Assembly (NCBI GenBank): GCA_003614675.1
Contig: ML002290.1
Span: 1 to 46,943, forward strand
Source: Dimargaris cristalligena
Taxonomy: Eukaryota
DNA: 46,943 nucleotides
Reading direction: 5' to 3'
Every line of letters starts with the position of its first letter. Position 1 is the first letter of the stretch. The position numbers were made by a program, and so were the translations under genes. The notes under the pieces were generated by a model, which worked only from the letters and a program-made list of their open reading frames with translations, was not told where the DNA came from and searched no databases. Shown piece after piece: positions 12,312-24,936 of this stretch.

Positions 12312-13834
12312 CTAGTCGATTTCTACATTACTCAGTGGGCGGATATCTTGGAACTGAGGCCGGTTTAACAGACGCCGACGGCCGGAATCGCTACCGAAAC
12401 CCTGTTCGCCGGCCTGGGCCATATGGGCAGGGATGCGGATAGATTGACGGTGGGCTTCACGCAGACCTCGGTTGTAGTTACGGTAGCAGCGAATTCCGTA
12501 GCCCAGCGTGAGCAAAATGAGGATAAGTAGGACGGCCTCGAAGAAATAGAGAAACGGGCGACTATTGACATATGGGTCGTCCAGTTGGCCCATCTGCAGG
12601 GTCTTAAAAATCACTTCGAAAATCAGGTAAGCGATGCCAAGCACCAGTCCGACGAAAAAGGCCAAGGAAGCCGGTTTGTTTTCCCGCATCACTCCAAAGA
12701 AACCGAGGGCGATGATGATGATACTTAAGGGTAGAGTGATGGCAATTCGGAGGGTATCGCCCAGTCGATGGTGGGTCAGTACCAGGGTGACCATTGAGAC
12801 TGTGTAACTGATGAAAAAGAAAAAATCCAACTTGAGGAGGGTCATTAGGAAGAGGTAGTTTAAATTTAAGCGACGAATTTGGACATCCGCCCCGAGACGC
12901 TCGTAGAAACCCCACGAAAAGAGGTTGTGGATGGGGTAAGCTAAGGCTATGAGGATCACCGAGACCGTGCTAACCGCTGCGATGAGGGCGAATTCCAAAG
13001 GTTTGGATTCCGTGATGAAATGGTCCATCGTGGAGTCCGTCATGCCATCCATCAACCCCTTATGCTGGAAGTATTGGATGATGGTGTAGGCGACCAGCAT
13101 TAAATTGAAGAGCACCAGCGACCCCGCCTGGATAATGTTTTGGGTGAGGAGGGCGTCCCACCAGGACACAGCGTCAAACACCACGGCGAAGGCGAAAATG
13201 GCGTGGTAGATGAGAATCGGGCGGGAGTTGGCCATGGCCGTGTTCATGTCCATATCCATATCCATGGAAGTCGAACTTTCCGTGCCCGTATCATGCCGCC
13301 GGGCCATGGTCCCGGTTAGGTCAAAGGGGGCATCTCCCATCATGAAGCCATCTGCGGAGGAGGAAGCGGTTGTGGAGGCAATATCTTCGCTCCGAACACT
13401 GTTTAGATGGTCGGCCGCGATAATAGCCTCTAGAACGATGGTCACAATGGTCTGGGCGAAAATGAGGATGAGAACCAATCGGGTTAAGCGGGTTGGTGGA
13501 ATCTAGCGTGGCAAGGGGCGGTCAAATTAGAGGGAGGTGGTATCAAATAAGCAAGTGCCCATGGAAGATTAGTCCGGCAATTAGTGTAGTTAATTGGTAT
13601 TTATTAAGGCAGCCTAGCGCAGCATCTCGACTACAACAGGAAAGGCGAAGGTATGTACCCTCTACGGTCTTACAAAAAAACACATTATTGGTGAATATAC
13701 TAGAGAAGACTGGCTCTTAGACTTACCAGCCTGATAAAGAAGCTGCGCCAGGAAACAGCCGGGGCGGAGGGCGAGGCCTCGTCGTTGCTCTTGGGCGACG
13801 CGGAGTCCAACACTTTATCAATAGACATGTCCAT
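12312..13834 (-). CDS. Multi-pass membrane protein, paralog C; exons 13727-13834, 12312-13502 (~432 aa)
   Basis: MDMSID...FFIRL|GTAAGT ... TAG|IPPTRLTR. Motifs WWDALLTQNIIQ, FSWGFYERLGADVQIR, LLKLDFFFF, GVMREN, CYRNYNRGL, SNVEID. Confidence 0.9.
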
Positions 13835-15373
13835 ATTAACTACTTCTCTATTAAAAACTATAGGGGAATAGGTGCGAAGTAGGGTTCGGGTTCGAAGGGA
13901 ATATGGAATGCCGGACAACGGGGGCAAATGAAGAGGGAGGCCGCGGCTGGCTAGGAACTGGTGCGGACTTCGAAAGGAAAAACCCCGGACTAGGACAGAG
14001 CAGAGGGAGAAATCAATGGCCAGTGTGGGGAGTAAAAAAACCAATGGTTCTCGGGGCCAGGGAACAATTACTGACAACAGTCGCTTCTCAAAAACCAAAA
14101 TCAAATACAGATATATAACCAACCTACTCCAGTACAGCAAAACCCGGAACATTGACAGCAGCAGGCTGTCTGGTTATAAAGAAAACGGAAGGACTCTATT
14201 TTTCTTCCCTTCCCTTCGTCAAAGGAACAACAACCGACTTGTTCCATTCCGTCCGGCGTCAATTCTAGAAAATCCAGCTGTATTCTTTCCTATTCCTCTC
14301 TTTTCCTTCCCTTGTTGGCGTGCTGCTCGAATACATGATGACGGGAGTTCCCTCCTCTCACTGGGGGCTACCTTAAATTAAAGCTCCACAGTATACTCCT
14401 CCTGCATTTGCAAGTGTTTCCTACAAAGCAGTGCATCCTTCCAAAGCCGCTCCTCACCGGTTTCTTCCCACCTTCTATGTTCGCTGTTCATCCCTCCACC
14501 GCATTCCGAAACCCGAAGATGGTCAGGATTAGCAAGGAAACAGTCGGTTCACACTGATTGTCCTTACACACGCCTACATCAGGCATAGTTATGGTCCCCC
14601 ACAGTGAGCAAAACAGAGGGGAGAAAGTTCCCTTACCACACCAGGCCATACTAAACCGATTTCTGGTCACCTCATGGTGTTTCAACCAGGAAAATGGGTC
14701 GAGGGAAGCGCCCACCGACTCATTAGCTGGCGTGAATAATATAAAAATATAAGGGAAAATTGCTCCGGCTGGTCAACACAATTCCCCAAAGATAAATCCC
14801 CAAAGGTATATCCCCACTATTTATCCATTCATTGCATAACCCGCCAGGTCAATCTTTGGCTTTTCGGGCTGTTTATAAGTAGTACCAGCCATGGTCAACC
14901 CGAGTGACGTTTACGGGTTCTGTAAATGTCGGTTTGCGTGACCAGATGCCCTACTACAGCCCAAAACTGACCCAATTAAGCCAAGTCTAACCACGCGGCA
15001 TGTGTACATGATGCACGAAAGGTGTGTTGATCGACTAATTTATCTACAAGGGAAACCAAAAGAAGTGTATTTTTTACAGAGGTGGGTTCAACAACGAGAG
15101 GATGGATAATGAGAGCTATCTGGTCAGGTTAATTCTAAAAAGTGATCTGCCATTTTTTAAATGATAATAATAATATAAAAATATACAAAGTGCGGAATTA
15201 TCGCTCAATATAACTAGTAATATCCGTTAGACTGTAAACTTTACAAATGGGTGTTGGGATAGGGAATGTTCGATTAAATATTACTGAAGATAAATGGCCG
15301 TCTTGAATTCGGTGCATGAAGTGGGTATAGTAATGCCGTATATTAAAAAGCGAAGGTCCGATTAAACCCAGAG

Positions 15374-16664
15374 CTAAACTGACATGTTCATGGAACTCCG
15401 GCAGGACTGGGGTTCGGTCTCCTCGACGCTGGCTCGCGGAAAGAACCATTCCACGGTAATTAAGGCTGTACAGGCGGTCATACTGCCAATAGCGTAAATG
15501 AAGACCGATTTGGTGGCGGGATCGGTCAATTTTATTTCGCTGGTGGACCGCCGGGTAGCCAAGGCGATGGTTGTGGACAGGTACCCCAGGGTGAGGACTA
15601 AAACAACCACAAAGACGATGCGATGCAGTAAACAAGGGCGATTATAGTGTAAGTAGCCCACAATCGGGACTACAGCGGTTAGGAGTAGGGTCACTCCCAA
15701 CTGGGAGTAGTTGAACCCGGATTTACTGGCCACCAGGAAAGCTCCGCTCTGGAACGCCAGGAGCAACAAACAGACCGCGGCCATTCCCAGGAGGGCCCCA
15801 AACAGGTCGACATATTCGAACTCCACCTGGCGGTCGGGAGATTGTTCCCGGGTCCGCAAGTACAGGGCCACAACCACAGCGATCAGACCCCAGGTGACTG
15901 TAGTGAGTATGATAGTCGTTAGGGTATGGTACATGGGCAGGAAGCGAGCGAACCGAACACTAGGATCTTGCATAATCGACCCAACGTTACGATAGGTGCT
16001 AGGCGAGTTCGAGGGCTCGCCGCCGACGAGTGCCGCGTGACCCGCCAGGAGCCCGTTCAGCAGGATGAGGGTGATCATTTTGCAAAACGACCGGGTTGCT
16101 AGGGCCCACCCCCAACCGCCCACCATTAGTAAACCGGCCAACATAAACAGGACGTGGCCAACGCACTGGGCCCGCCACTCCTCTTCAACAGGGGCTTCCG
16201 GGAAAGGCCCCCGGTTCTGCAGCATACGGCTAAATTGGGCGCGCTTCCATTCGGAGGCAATGACCAAACCCTGCAGCAGCAATAGAGCTAGCGCCTGTAC
16301 AATCGTGGCCACGCACGCCATTTGACCCTCCCGATAACCCAGCATCTAATATTAAGGAATAGCAGTAGGAGTCCACGAGGAGAAGAGGAGGAACGAGCGG
16401 AAAAATGGTAATGAAACATAATGTGATTAGTCTAGGTTGAATCAATTGGAGGACCGTTGATGAAGTATGGTCGCCGGGTTAAAGTTGTGAGTCATGGTTA
16501 AATAAGTACCCGGAATGCAGGGGTGGTCGGCTGGGCGTGCAGATATTACTAGCGAGGTTACTTACATTTCGGGTCTTTTTGGGCAAGTTCGGAAGAGGCC
16601 TGTCAGTCACCGGCTCCTTGCCCAATGTGGTGCAGGTGCCCCATGAATAGCGTGAAGGATCCAT
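15374..16664 (-). CDS. Diverged multi-pass membrane protein, probable paralog D; exons 16566-16664, 15374-16345 (~356 aa)
   Basis: About 8 hydrophobic segments. N-terminal QALALLLLQGLVIA matches QAIVSIVLEALIA in paralog B. A 33-codon first exon ends in GTAAGT, and a TAG acceptor sits directly before the ORF ATG at the paralog-conserved intron position. Confidence 0.7.
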
Positions 16665-19600
16665 GTGAACAAGAAGGAAGGGAGAGTAAATATACAGTGT
16701 GCGTTTAAATGGTTATAATAGACAAGCTGACCCACGCCCTGGAGATTTATAAAGGTATAACAGAAATGAATGCAGTAGCCAAAATTGAATTGACGCCAAG
16801 TTACAAGTTAACAAGTCGAGTTAATAGTGCAGCAATGCGCTGATGGTAGAGCTTGCAGAGTAGGTGATTATTATAATATAAATCAAGGGAGAAAAATGAA
16901 AGTAATGGGCGGTAAAATATCAAAAATAGTGGTCGGTAGGACGTTTTATATAATGCATAGTATACACCAGGGTTGGGTTATAAGGTTAGGTAAAGTAAAG
17001 CCCTAAGTCAAAGATATGCCGGCCAATGTATCCAAAAGTGAGGCACGGTGTCAAAGACTAAATAGAGAAGCAAGAACGAGTAGGCCATAAAAGAGAATAG
17101 TATAGAGCAAAAATGAGCCAGCGGGAACAGGAGATAAAGTAAAATAAAGGTCCAAAATTGAATTTGGCGAAAGGGAGAGAGAGCATGGAAGAAGATATAC
17201 GAAGCCCTGTGAAGCGAAAGAATGGATAAAACTCAACTGGGCTGGGTCATTTCGGCTCTACCACCCGTTGGGCTTCTATCAATTGGTAACACTAGCTATT
17301 ACACTTGTGGATCGTCCACCGCCGGCCTCTGTAGCACAATTGTTCCTTGCCGGCCACATATACCCTCTTTGTTGAAAACCATGATGCTCATTAGTACAAT
17401 ATATGAGGGTAGCCTTTAATCGAACACATCGGTATCAAATGCACGCAGATTAATGGCTGGTAAAGATGGGTTGATGGACATAAAATTGGGTGGATCCAAG
17501 CCATTGATGCGATGGAAATTAATTGGTAGTGCCGTGGTTAGCCTTTTACACCTCGAAAACCGTGCGTTTCCCTTTTCTCAAATAGGCTAAACAAAGCCGT
17601 GTACATTAAATTACATTTCCCCTTACGTGGCAACCTGTCTTCTTGAATAGTAGATATGGATACGCCAAGTAGTAGGTGGTTGTATCTATTGTTTTACAAG
17701 TTTATATTTGAGACGTTTGGGCTCCGAGATGGAATGGAGACAAGGCCAAAGTACTTATTAAAACACCTCGTCAACATCCCCCCCATGAGGAACAGACCTT
17801 CTCTTGATTGCCCGTTAGTGTCTCCGGTAATTGGTGAGTCGATCCACTGATCTCCCCGGATGGGTCATTCGATTGCCGAAGATCCGGCCCATCTAGATCA
17901 TTATAGGGTAAGCTTACACTTAGCTTTCATCCATCGACTGGGCGGTCCCATTTAAAATATGATAATGTGCGAAATATAGGGCCATTAGAGTTGAGTGGAT
18001 CTAATACAATTCCACCAAAAAAGACCTACAGATACAGAGGTCATACAGGTAAATACCGAATGGGTTTACAATCGCTGCCGAGTGTCCATGGATTACCATA
18101 TGGCACTGGCTCTTTTGGGGCGGCCATGTTGTGTTTTACTCTTGGAGAAACTCGAGAATTGATAGTGAGGTAAATGCCTTTCATAGATTATTCTTGCTAC
18201 ACATCTTTATCCGCCCATTCTCGACAGACAAAATTTCTGGCGATTATTATCTAAGAAATACCTATATGATCCACTCAATGGTATTTTCTAGCCATCCAAT
18301 GTTGTAGGTCAGGGCTGTTTTATACCAGTCTAACAACCACGGCCTTAGTAATATTATATACTGAATCAACAATGGGATATGGAGGCAGTCCTTTCGTAGG
18401 CAAATAGTTACACCCTACTCCCATTTTATAAAATTATCCCGAGTTTATTGGTATCAATTGGGGCCCCGACTTTCCTGCTGATTATTCCCAATAAGGTAGT
18501 TATAAAATTGGAAACAACAATCCCCTTTCATATAAAAAAGAGGCCAAGTGGAGTTATTATACCACCGTCGCCTACGTTCTACAGTTTAGAGCCGCCACGT
18601 GGGTCAAGAATACTGGATGACAAGCACAGCCATATAAATTCCAGCGGTAGAAAATATTCATAAAAATCTGGGCGGCTGTAGCCGGTCACCGAATTCATTG
18701 TTACCAATATCTACCTCTGTGAGACTATCACCAGAGTTATTTATACAGGCGACCATGTGTAAATAAAAATACGATGGCTCAATGTATGTTTTGCCGTACT
18801 CACGAGTGTAAGTTGGTTTATACTTGTCGGGGTTTTTCTTTTTATAAATTAACGGCCTGGTTTGGGCTCACCGGCAGCGGCTGTGGCCGCAATCAGCTTG
18901 GGGCGTGAACCGAAAAGGCCCTTGGTTTGGCCTAATTAAGTCAAAGGAAGCTGTCCAAGCCGATTGGACGTTGGCTCCGCAGTGGTGGTACATATGGGAA
19001 ACGGAAGACAAGCGAGACCTTGGTGATACGGTGGATGGTAGGTCAGCTATGACTAAGCGGCTAAGGGGGGTTAGCGGCCGGGACGGGAACGGTGGTGGCT
19101 ACGGGCAGCCTAATGCGCTGGCAACCTCCGAGACAGGCGTCGTAGACAGTGTCCTTCGGAAAGTCAAACATTCGCGGGTGGTTCATTTACCTGGAATGAG
19201 TTGAGAAGGTGATAGGGGACGGGTCGTAAGTATTGCGGTTGAATATCGTATACTTTCGGATACTATGCATTAGTTGGAACAGAAGAAAACGGATCGGCGG
19301 AGCGTTGGCTGATGGCACGGGCCGCAATTTATTAAACGAGCCGCTTCCCCCTTACTTTACAGCCAACTGAAGGAGTGCTTGCGTCTTGTATACTGAGTCC
19401 GGTTTACCATATGGCCTAGAAGATGTGCCAGCTTTCCTAGCTTCAGGACAGCCCACCTTACTGAGGTAGAGTGAACCAATGGTTCAAAAATCCTTATATA
19501 AACATTAAACCACACCCGCCTATTGCGGTAGAATCGACCGCCGATTAACAACAGGGTTATAGTACGCCAAAATCCTTCAATGGACAGGAAATTATCGTAG

Positions 19601-21376
19601 CGAACATGTAAATAATTTCACGCGAGTGTAACTACTAGCTATAAGGAAAATATGACATCGCATAGCTGCTTATCGCAGTTGCGAAAACGGCACATTTCTA
19701 GCGGTTATTCTCTTTTAGATATACATGCATATAATATCTCAATAAAACGGGCGATAATAAACTTGCTTTCTACTTTGGCTATAGAAATGTCGCCATGAGC
19801 CAAGATACACACCTCCGGTTCAATGCGAGACACCCCCGTTCGACTGAGACGGAATTTGGTCTAATTAAATTTACACAGTTAAGCCCCCAGCCACTAGACA
19901 ACTACTTACCATTTACCCCCTTAGGTTGTCCATTAGCCATTTGCACCGAATCGGTCGCAAAAATGAATTCGCTGGTGAACAGTCGACCACATGCATGCCC
20001 TTTGATACATTAGGGGATAATGGTGACAAATCCTACGAGCGTGTGTGAAAAATTCACGATTTATAGCAAGTAGCGGGTAAATAAAAGTCCCGAATCAGCT
20101 GTTATGGTGAAACGCGAACCCCTCACCGGCAGCTCATCTTTTAGGGTAGGGGTTTAAGATAGTCATCTAATCCACCAACCCAATATAGTCGGATGCAGTT
20201 TGGGCATGAAGTGAATATTGTATACTCAAAGGATTTTGAGAAATCCCCCACCTAATTTGAAAGGTACGGGGAGCACGGATAGTGCGTCTATTGGTGGATT
20301 TTCGTTGGAAAGCGGGGTTTATTGTCACAAAGAGCCGTCGCAACCACCACAACAACACACGAACCATGTCCACAAAACCCAGGCCAGTCCGAAATGGTAA
20401 GGGTTAGGTGGAGCGGGGAAGAGAGAATAAGTGATAAGGTTCTCTCATGTGTAGGGCGTTTCAACGCCCCCCTCCAAGAAAATGCGCCCTAGCTAATAGG
20501 AGTCGCTCGCCAATGGCTGCTATTCTGTGATCCACAGAAGCCTGATCTTGACGGTTGTTGGAGCAAAGGGAGTTTTATAGATGAGTCAAGCTCCGAGTTG
20601 AAGTGGCTATTTTTCCCTATCCAAAGTTGGTTTTAGTAACCTGGAGCAAAATAGCGCGAACCAATAGACGTCGGTGGGGGACGTAAGACCGTCGAGCTGT
20701 GCAAAATGGAAGAGTAAACGGCTTCTGTTGTGCACAATTCCTCAATGGCGGGCTTTTTTTTAAAATAAAGATAAAAATGGGCTAGCTAACTTGGACTGAC
20801 GGAGGGAGCGGGTGTTGCGTGCGGTGGGTAAATCAGGCCAACGTATTGGCTCTTCTCGAGACCAGCTGGGTCTGTTGAGCCCTTCGCAGGTAGTTGGCCT
20901 CTAAGATGATCATCCGGCTGGAGTGGCGAACACCACCGTATGACTTGTGTATTTGTGGTACTTAGGGCACTCCACTGAGCAGACCAGCGTTGGTCTTACA
21001 ACTGGTATAAGGGCTAGGTAACTCAATGGCTGCTGGCATCACCTTGGCGTTACGAAGAGAGCGGAAGCGGGATGCCTAAATGAATGCCAAAGAACGACCA
21101 ATAAAAATAATAATATAGCAATTGCTCGTTTCCCGACAAGAGTGCGGGCGTTACGTCCAACTGGCCATGTTGTACAAGACCAGGGAGGATTATACGACAG
21201 AAACTGGACCTTCCCTTTTGTCTCAAGGTGAATGAGTGTGTTAAACGCACCGCCCATCCTTCGACTTAGTAACTGGGCCCAGCTGGTGTGTGGCCGTCAG
21301 GGAATGGGCGGCAACCCAACATCCAACATCCAAAACCCACCACTCCGGCCCTATACCACTGTACCCGTTAGTGAGG

Positions 21377-21384
21377 TATAAATA
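21377..21384 (+). promoter_or_regulatory. TATA box upstream of the small secreted protein gene
   Basis: TATAAATA about 180 bp before the ATG at 21561, followed by a CT-rich leader. Confidence 0.5.
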
Positions 21385-21560
21385 GGGGACATATAGGCGC
21401 CACTTTCGAAACACACCAACCTTTCCCTCCCCCTCATTCCATCAGACCGACTTTCCCTATTCTTCAGCCCGAGCATTACCTCCCTACCGGAAATCCTTTT
21501 TTGAACTTCATCAATCTTTCCGAAACCTTTGTTAAACCAACCGTTGAGGCCCCAGACACC

Positions 21561-21926
21561 ATGATAAAATCAACGCTTCTCGCCACGCTGCTCTGCGCCC
21601 TGGCCGCCGTCGCTGCCCCGGGTTCAAAAGATAATGACAAATCATACAAAGAAACGAGCTCGACCAAGGCATTTTTCTACAGTGCCGCTGCCGGCCTACT
21701 TGCCAGGAAAAGCGTAGGTGAAAGTGACCACAAGACTAAGACGGCTGCCTTCAGTTGGCTGACAGGAGTTTTAGCCAACAAATGGAACAAGAATCGTCAT
21801 GAAAAGCACGATGCCCAAAACCAGTATACGCCGCAGTCCACGCAGTATAATGGCCAAAGCTCAGGGTCCGACCATGGCATCAGCAATAAGCTTCGCAAAT
21901 ATAAGGAGAAGTACTTGCAGAAATAA
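21561..21926 (+). CDS. Small secreted basic protein (121 aa), function unknown
   Basis: GACACC-ATG context, signal peptide MIKSTLLATLLCALAAVAAP, upstream TATA box, AATAAA downstream. Confidence 0.75.
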   Translation: MIKSTLLATLLCALAAVAAPGSKDNDKSYKETSSTKAFFYSAAAGLLARKSVGESDHKTKTAAFSWLTGVLANKWNKNRHEKHDAQNQYTPQSTQYNGQSSGSDHGISNKLRKYKEKYLQK

Positions 21927-22324
21927 TCGGCATAAGACAGTGAAGCTTTTACAGACAATTTATATGGCACTGCCCGGATTTTCTCCATCATAACCCCATT
22001 CATTTACTAAATATTTATGATTGCTCGAACTCAGTTTTCTAATTCAATAAAATACCCCTTAAAGTAAAACCGTAATGATTATATTTTTTGATGGCCATGT
22101 CCATTTTACCAGAAGTTACAGGTCCAAGCGTATGGCTATATATATGTATATAAATCAATAGAGATCAACGAAGTGATCGTTATCTAGGGGACTGGCTGTA
22201 TGAACCAAGAACAATTTATTCTACAAATAATACAGTAATAATTTCATATAAACACAAGTAAAGTTCATCCAAAAAAAACAAAAACATATGTGGATATCTA
22301 GAGATAGGAGGTGCCTCAAGTCAG

Positions 22325-24936
22325 TTAGGATTGACTACGCCGAATCGCCTGAATTCCCAGCAATTGCCAGGCCCGGCTGAGGTCCCGGCGAGATATCGGG
22401 ATCTCAGACTGGGACTGGCGATCGGTAGGGGACCGACCCAGTACTTGGAAGGAGAGATTCACTACACGAGTATTCTCCGTATCTACGGCATTTTGCCTAG
22501 GCTTGGCGTCTGCCTCCCCTGGGCCATCCCCGTCACTGACGCCCGTATCCATCGTTAAGGCCACTCCATTTTGCTGCAACCAATGACGGATACCCGAGGC
22601 CGTAATCTCATCACGGGTCGGGGTCAATTGCGGGACCGTATCATTAGCGAATAAATGACTCAAAATCATCTCCAAGGGGACCTCCGAATTAGCTGAGACC
22701 GCCCGGTGGTCCGGGGAAGTGGTTTGGGGATGGTTGGATGGGGCTGAATTCATCCAGGCACCGTGTCGTTTCGTGACTCCCACATCCAGGTCCTGGGGGG
22801 AGGCCGTTTCGCCCGTTTGTTTCCCAATTTTACTTTGCAGCGAATCCGAATTGGCATTCGTGGTCGGTGGAGTGGATGGGCAAAGCATAAGATCGGGATT
22901 CCATCCCGGAAGAGCAACCACCTGGGTTATTGTAATTGTCGGCATTATAACGGACCAAATCGATCATATAAATTAGACTGCGTATGTAAACTTGTAGCGA
23001 ATTTCCTGACTCCTACAAATGAGGTGCCGGGATGAACAATGAATGTGATGTTCGTGACAGATAGGAGCCCCCCTCTCATTTTCAATGTAATTATAAAGGG
23101 AAAAGTCAGTGGTGGGTGGATAGTAGGGAAAATAGTCGAATACTAACCATAGCTGTCATATTGTCGGAGGATCCGGATTTTTCGGCCGCGTTTACCACGG
23201 CAATCGCGGCTTGAGTCGGATCACGATAGGGCCGTATCTATTTAATAACAAAGATGCAAACGGGTTGGTGATTAAATCATAGAATTAATGGCGGTCTAGG
23301 GAGTGCCCTTCATCACAACAGCGACATTTCGGTTCCAGGTGGTGTAGCTTAGAAGTGAGTTGCCTCGCAAACTTCTAGCTATAGATTTAGCATAAATACG
23401 CCGCATACCAAATCAACAATGGATTGGTTATCCAAGACGGAGGTGATGCCGTCGGTGACCAGCACCATAAACGCCAGCTCATGCCGCCGAAAGGTGTTTT
23501 GAAATATCGTGGGCTCCGCCAGAACCCCGAAGGATTTCAGTTGGCGGTCACCAAAGGATCGTGTGTTAGCCGCTTGACCCATGGCCATAAATTCTCCGAA
23601 CGCGTCCGAATCTACATAGCCGCCGTAATGTTGAATTCTTTCATACTCCTGGGGGTCGCTGGGGTGGTGGTCTAGGCTCAGCTCGCGAGCTTTACCAGTC
23701 TGGGCGTCACAAACAATAATTCTAGATGGAGTACAAGGCAACCGGTGGGATTATTGATATTGCACGAAGGTTAAAATATAATATATATATATATATATAT
23801 ATTTGACAGCCAAATGTGGTGGAAACTGAGCTCTAGCAATACACAGTCCGATTTGTCCCTCTACATAAACCCAGAAGGGGGCCACCAATTATAACGTAGA
23901 GATGGTTTATAATAGTGGATAGCTTACCTCGTGTCCCCCACATTAGCCGATGTCAAACGCAGTCGATCAGTCGCCCAGAAGGGCGCGTTATCGAGCGATT
24001 CCAATAAGACGGTTGCCGCGGTTGAGCCATCGTCACCCGCCGAGCCACTCAAAAGGTTACGGTCGGTGTATAGGTAACCCAGCGTCAAACGTTCCGGTAG
24101 GGACAGGGGAGCCAGACTGGTTAGGGATTCAGGGGGTATTATGGCCATATTGGCGAGATTATTGGGGGTGTAGGACCGCCACTGGGGGTTCTGGTGTTGG
24201 AAATAGGCTAGAACGGGCGGAAGGTCGGCCACCGAAACTGCCTCCAGATTACGATGGAGATTCGCAGTGAGGTAGTCGGCACAGCGGGCTCCACCATGCC
24301 TAAGGAATATAATCGAAAATCGTCCGGCCCCGGGAATATTTAAGGATAGAGATGGTATTAAAGGGACATTTAAGGATAAATGAGGGAGGGTCTACTAATG
24401 GAGATATGTGACTATAGCCCCGGCGCAATAGCCTATAAGTATATAAGCGAAGCTGGAACATGCCAAATTGGCCAAGTGACTCAATACTACCCACCCGGCA
24501 ATAATTACTGAATAGTTCGGCCCCGTTCTTACCCATCATAGAGTGCGCAAAATACGGTTTGCCTGGGCCCAGCCATCTCAGGTATATGAAGCACGCGCAC
24601 CCGGTAGCGGTCCTCGTTATACTCACGGATACCCCGGGTAGACCGTATACCTATTAAATGGGGGAGCTTAGTAATATTCAGACGAAGGGAGTTGGGGCCG
24701 TTGGCAATAGGCACCAGGTACTGGTAGTGGACCGGAAGGGGCGTAGCTGAGCCGGTAGTTGGTGGTGTTGAATGAGTCGTGGATAGCCCGCGGGAATTCA
24801 CAAGGACCTGTCGCAGGTCAGGCGTCCGGCGATGTGTAAGTGGGGGAACCAGGGGGTAGGAAGCCTTGGGGCGATGCCTGGTCACCCATCCTCGTTGAGT
24901 CAGGTATGGACCGCGGTGGGGAATGAGCGCTAACAT
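22325..24936 (-). CDS. Mitochondrial-type PP2C phosphatase (Ptc6/Aup1-like); exons 24533-24936, 23928-24299, 23409-23721, 23148-23237, 22325-22921 (~591 aa)
   Basis: PP2C motifs reassemble across phase-consistent introns: RGIREYNEDRY, ALYDG|HGG, DGSTAA, ANVGDTR, LSLDHHP, NTRSFGD, VLVTDGI, GSSDNMTAM|VVALPGW. Arg-rich, acid-poor N-terminus. Confidence 0.88.
23781..23802. repeat. (AT)11 microsatellite in a PP2C intron
   Basis: Perfect dinucleotide run. Confidence 0.9.

Noticed and set aside
22325-22945. Stand-alone 206-aa gene from the ORF track
   Set aside because: It is the last exon of the PP2C: DNMTAM|VVALPGW completes the final catalytic motif.
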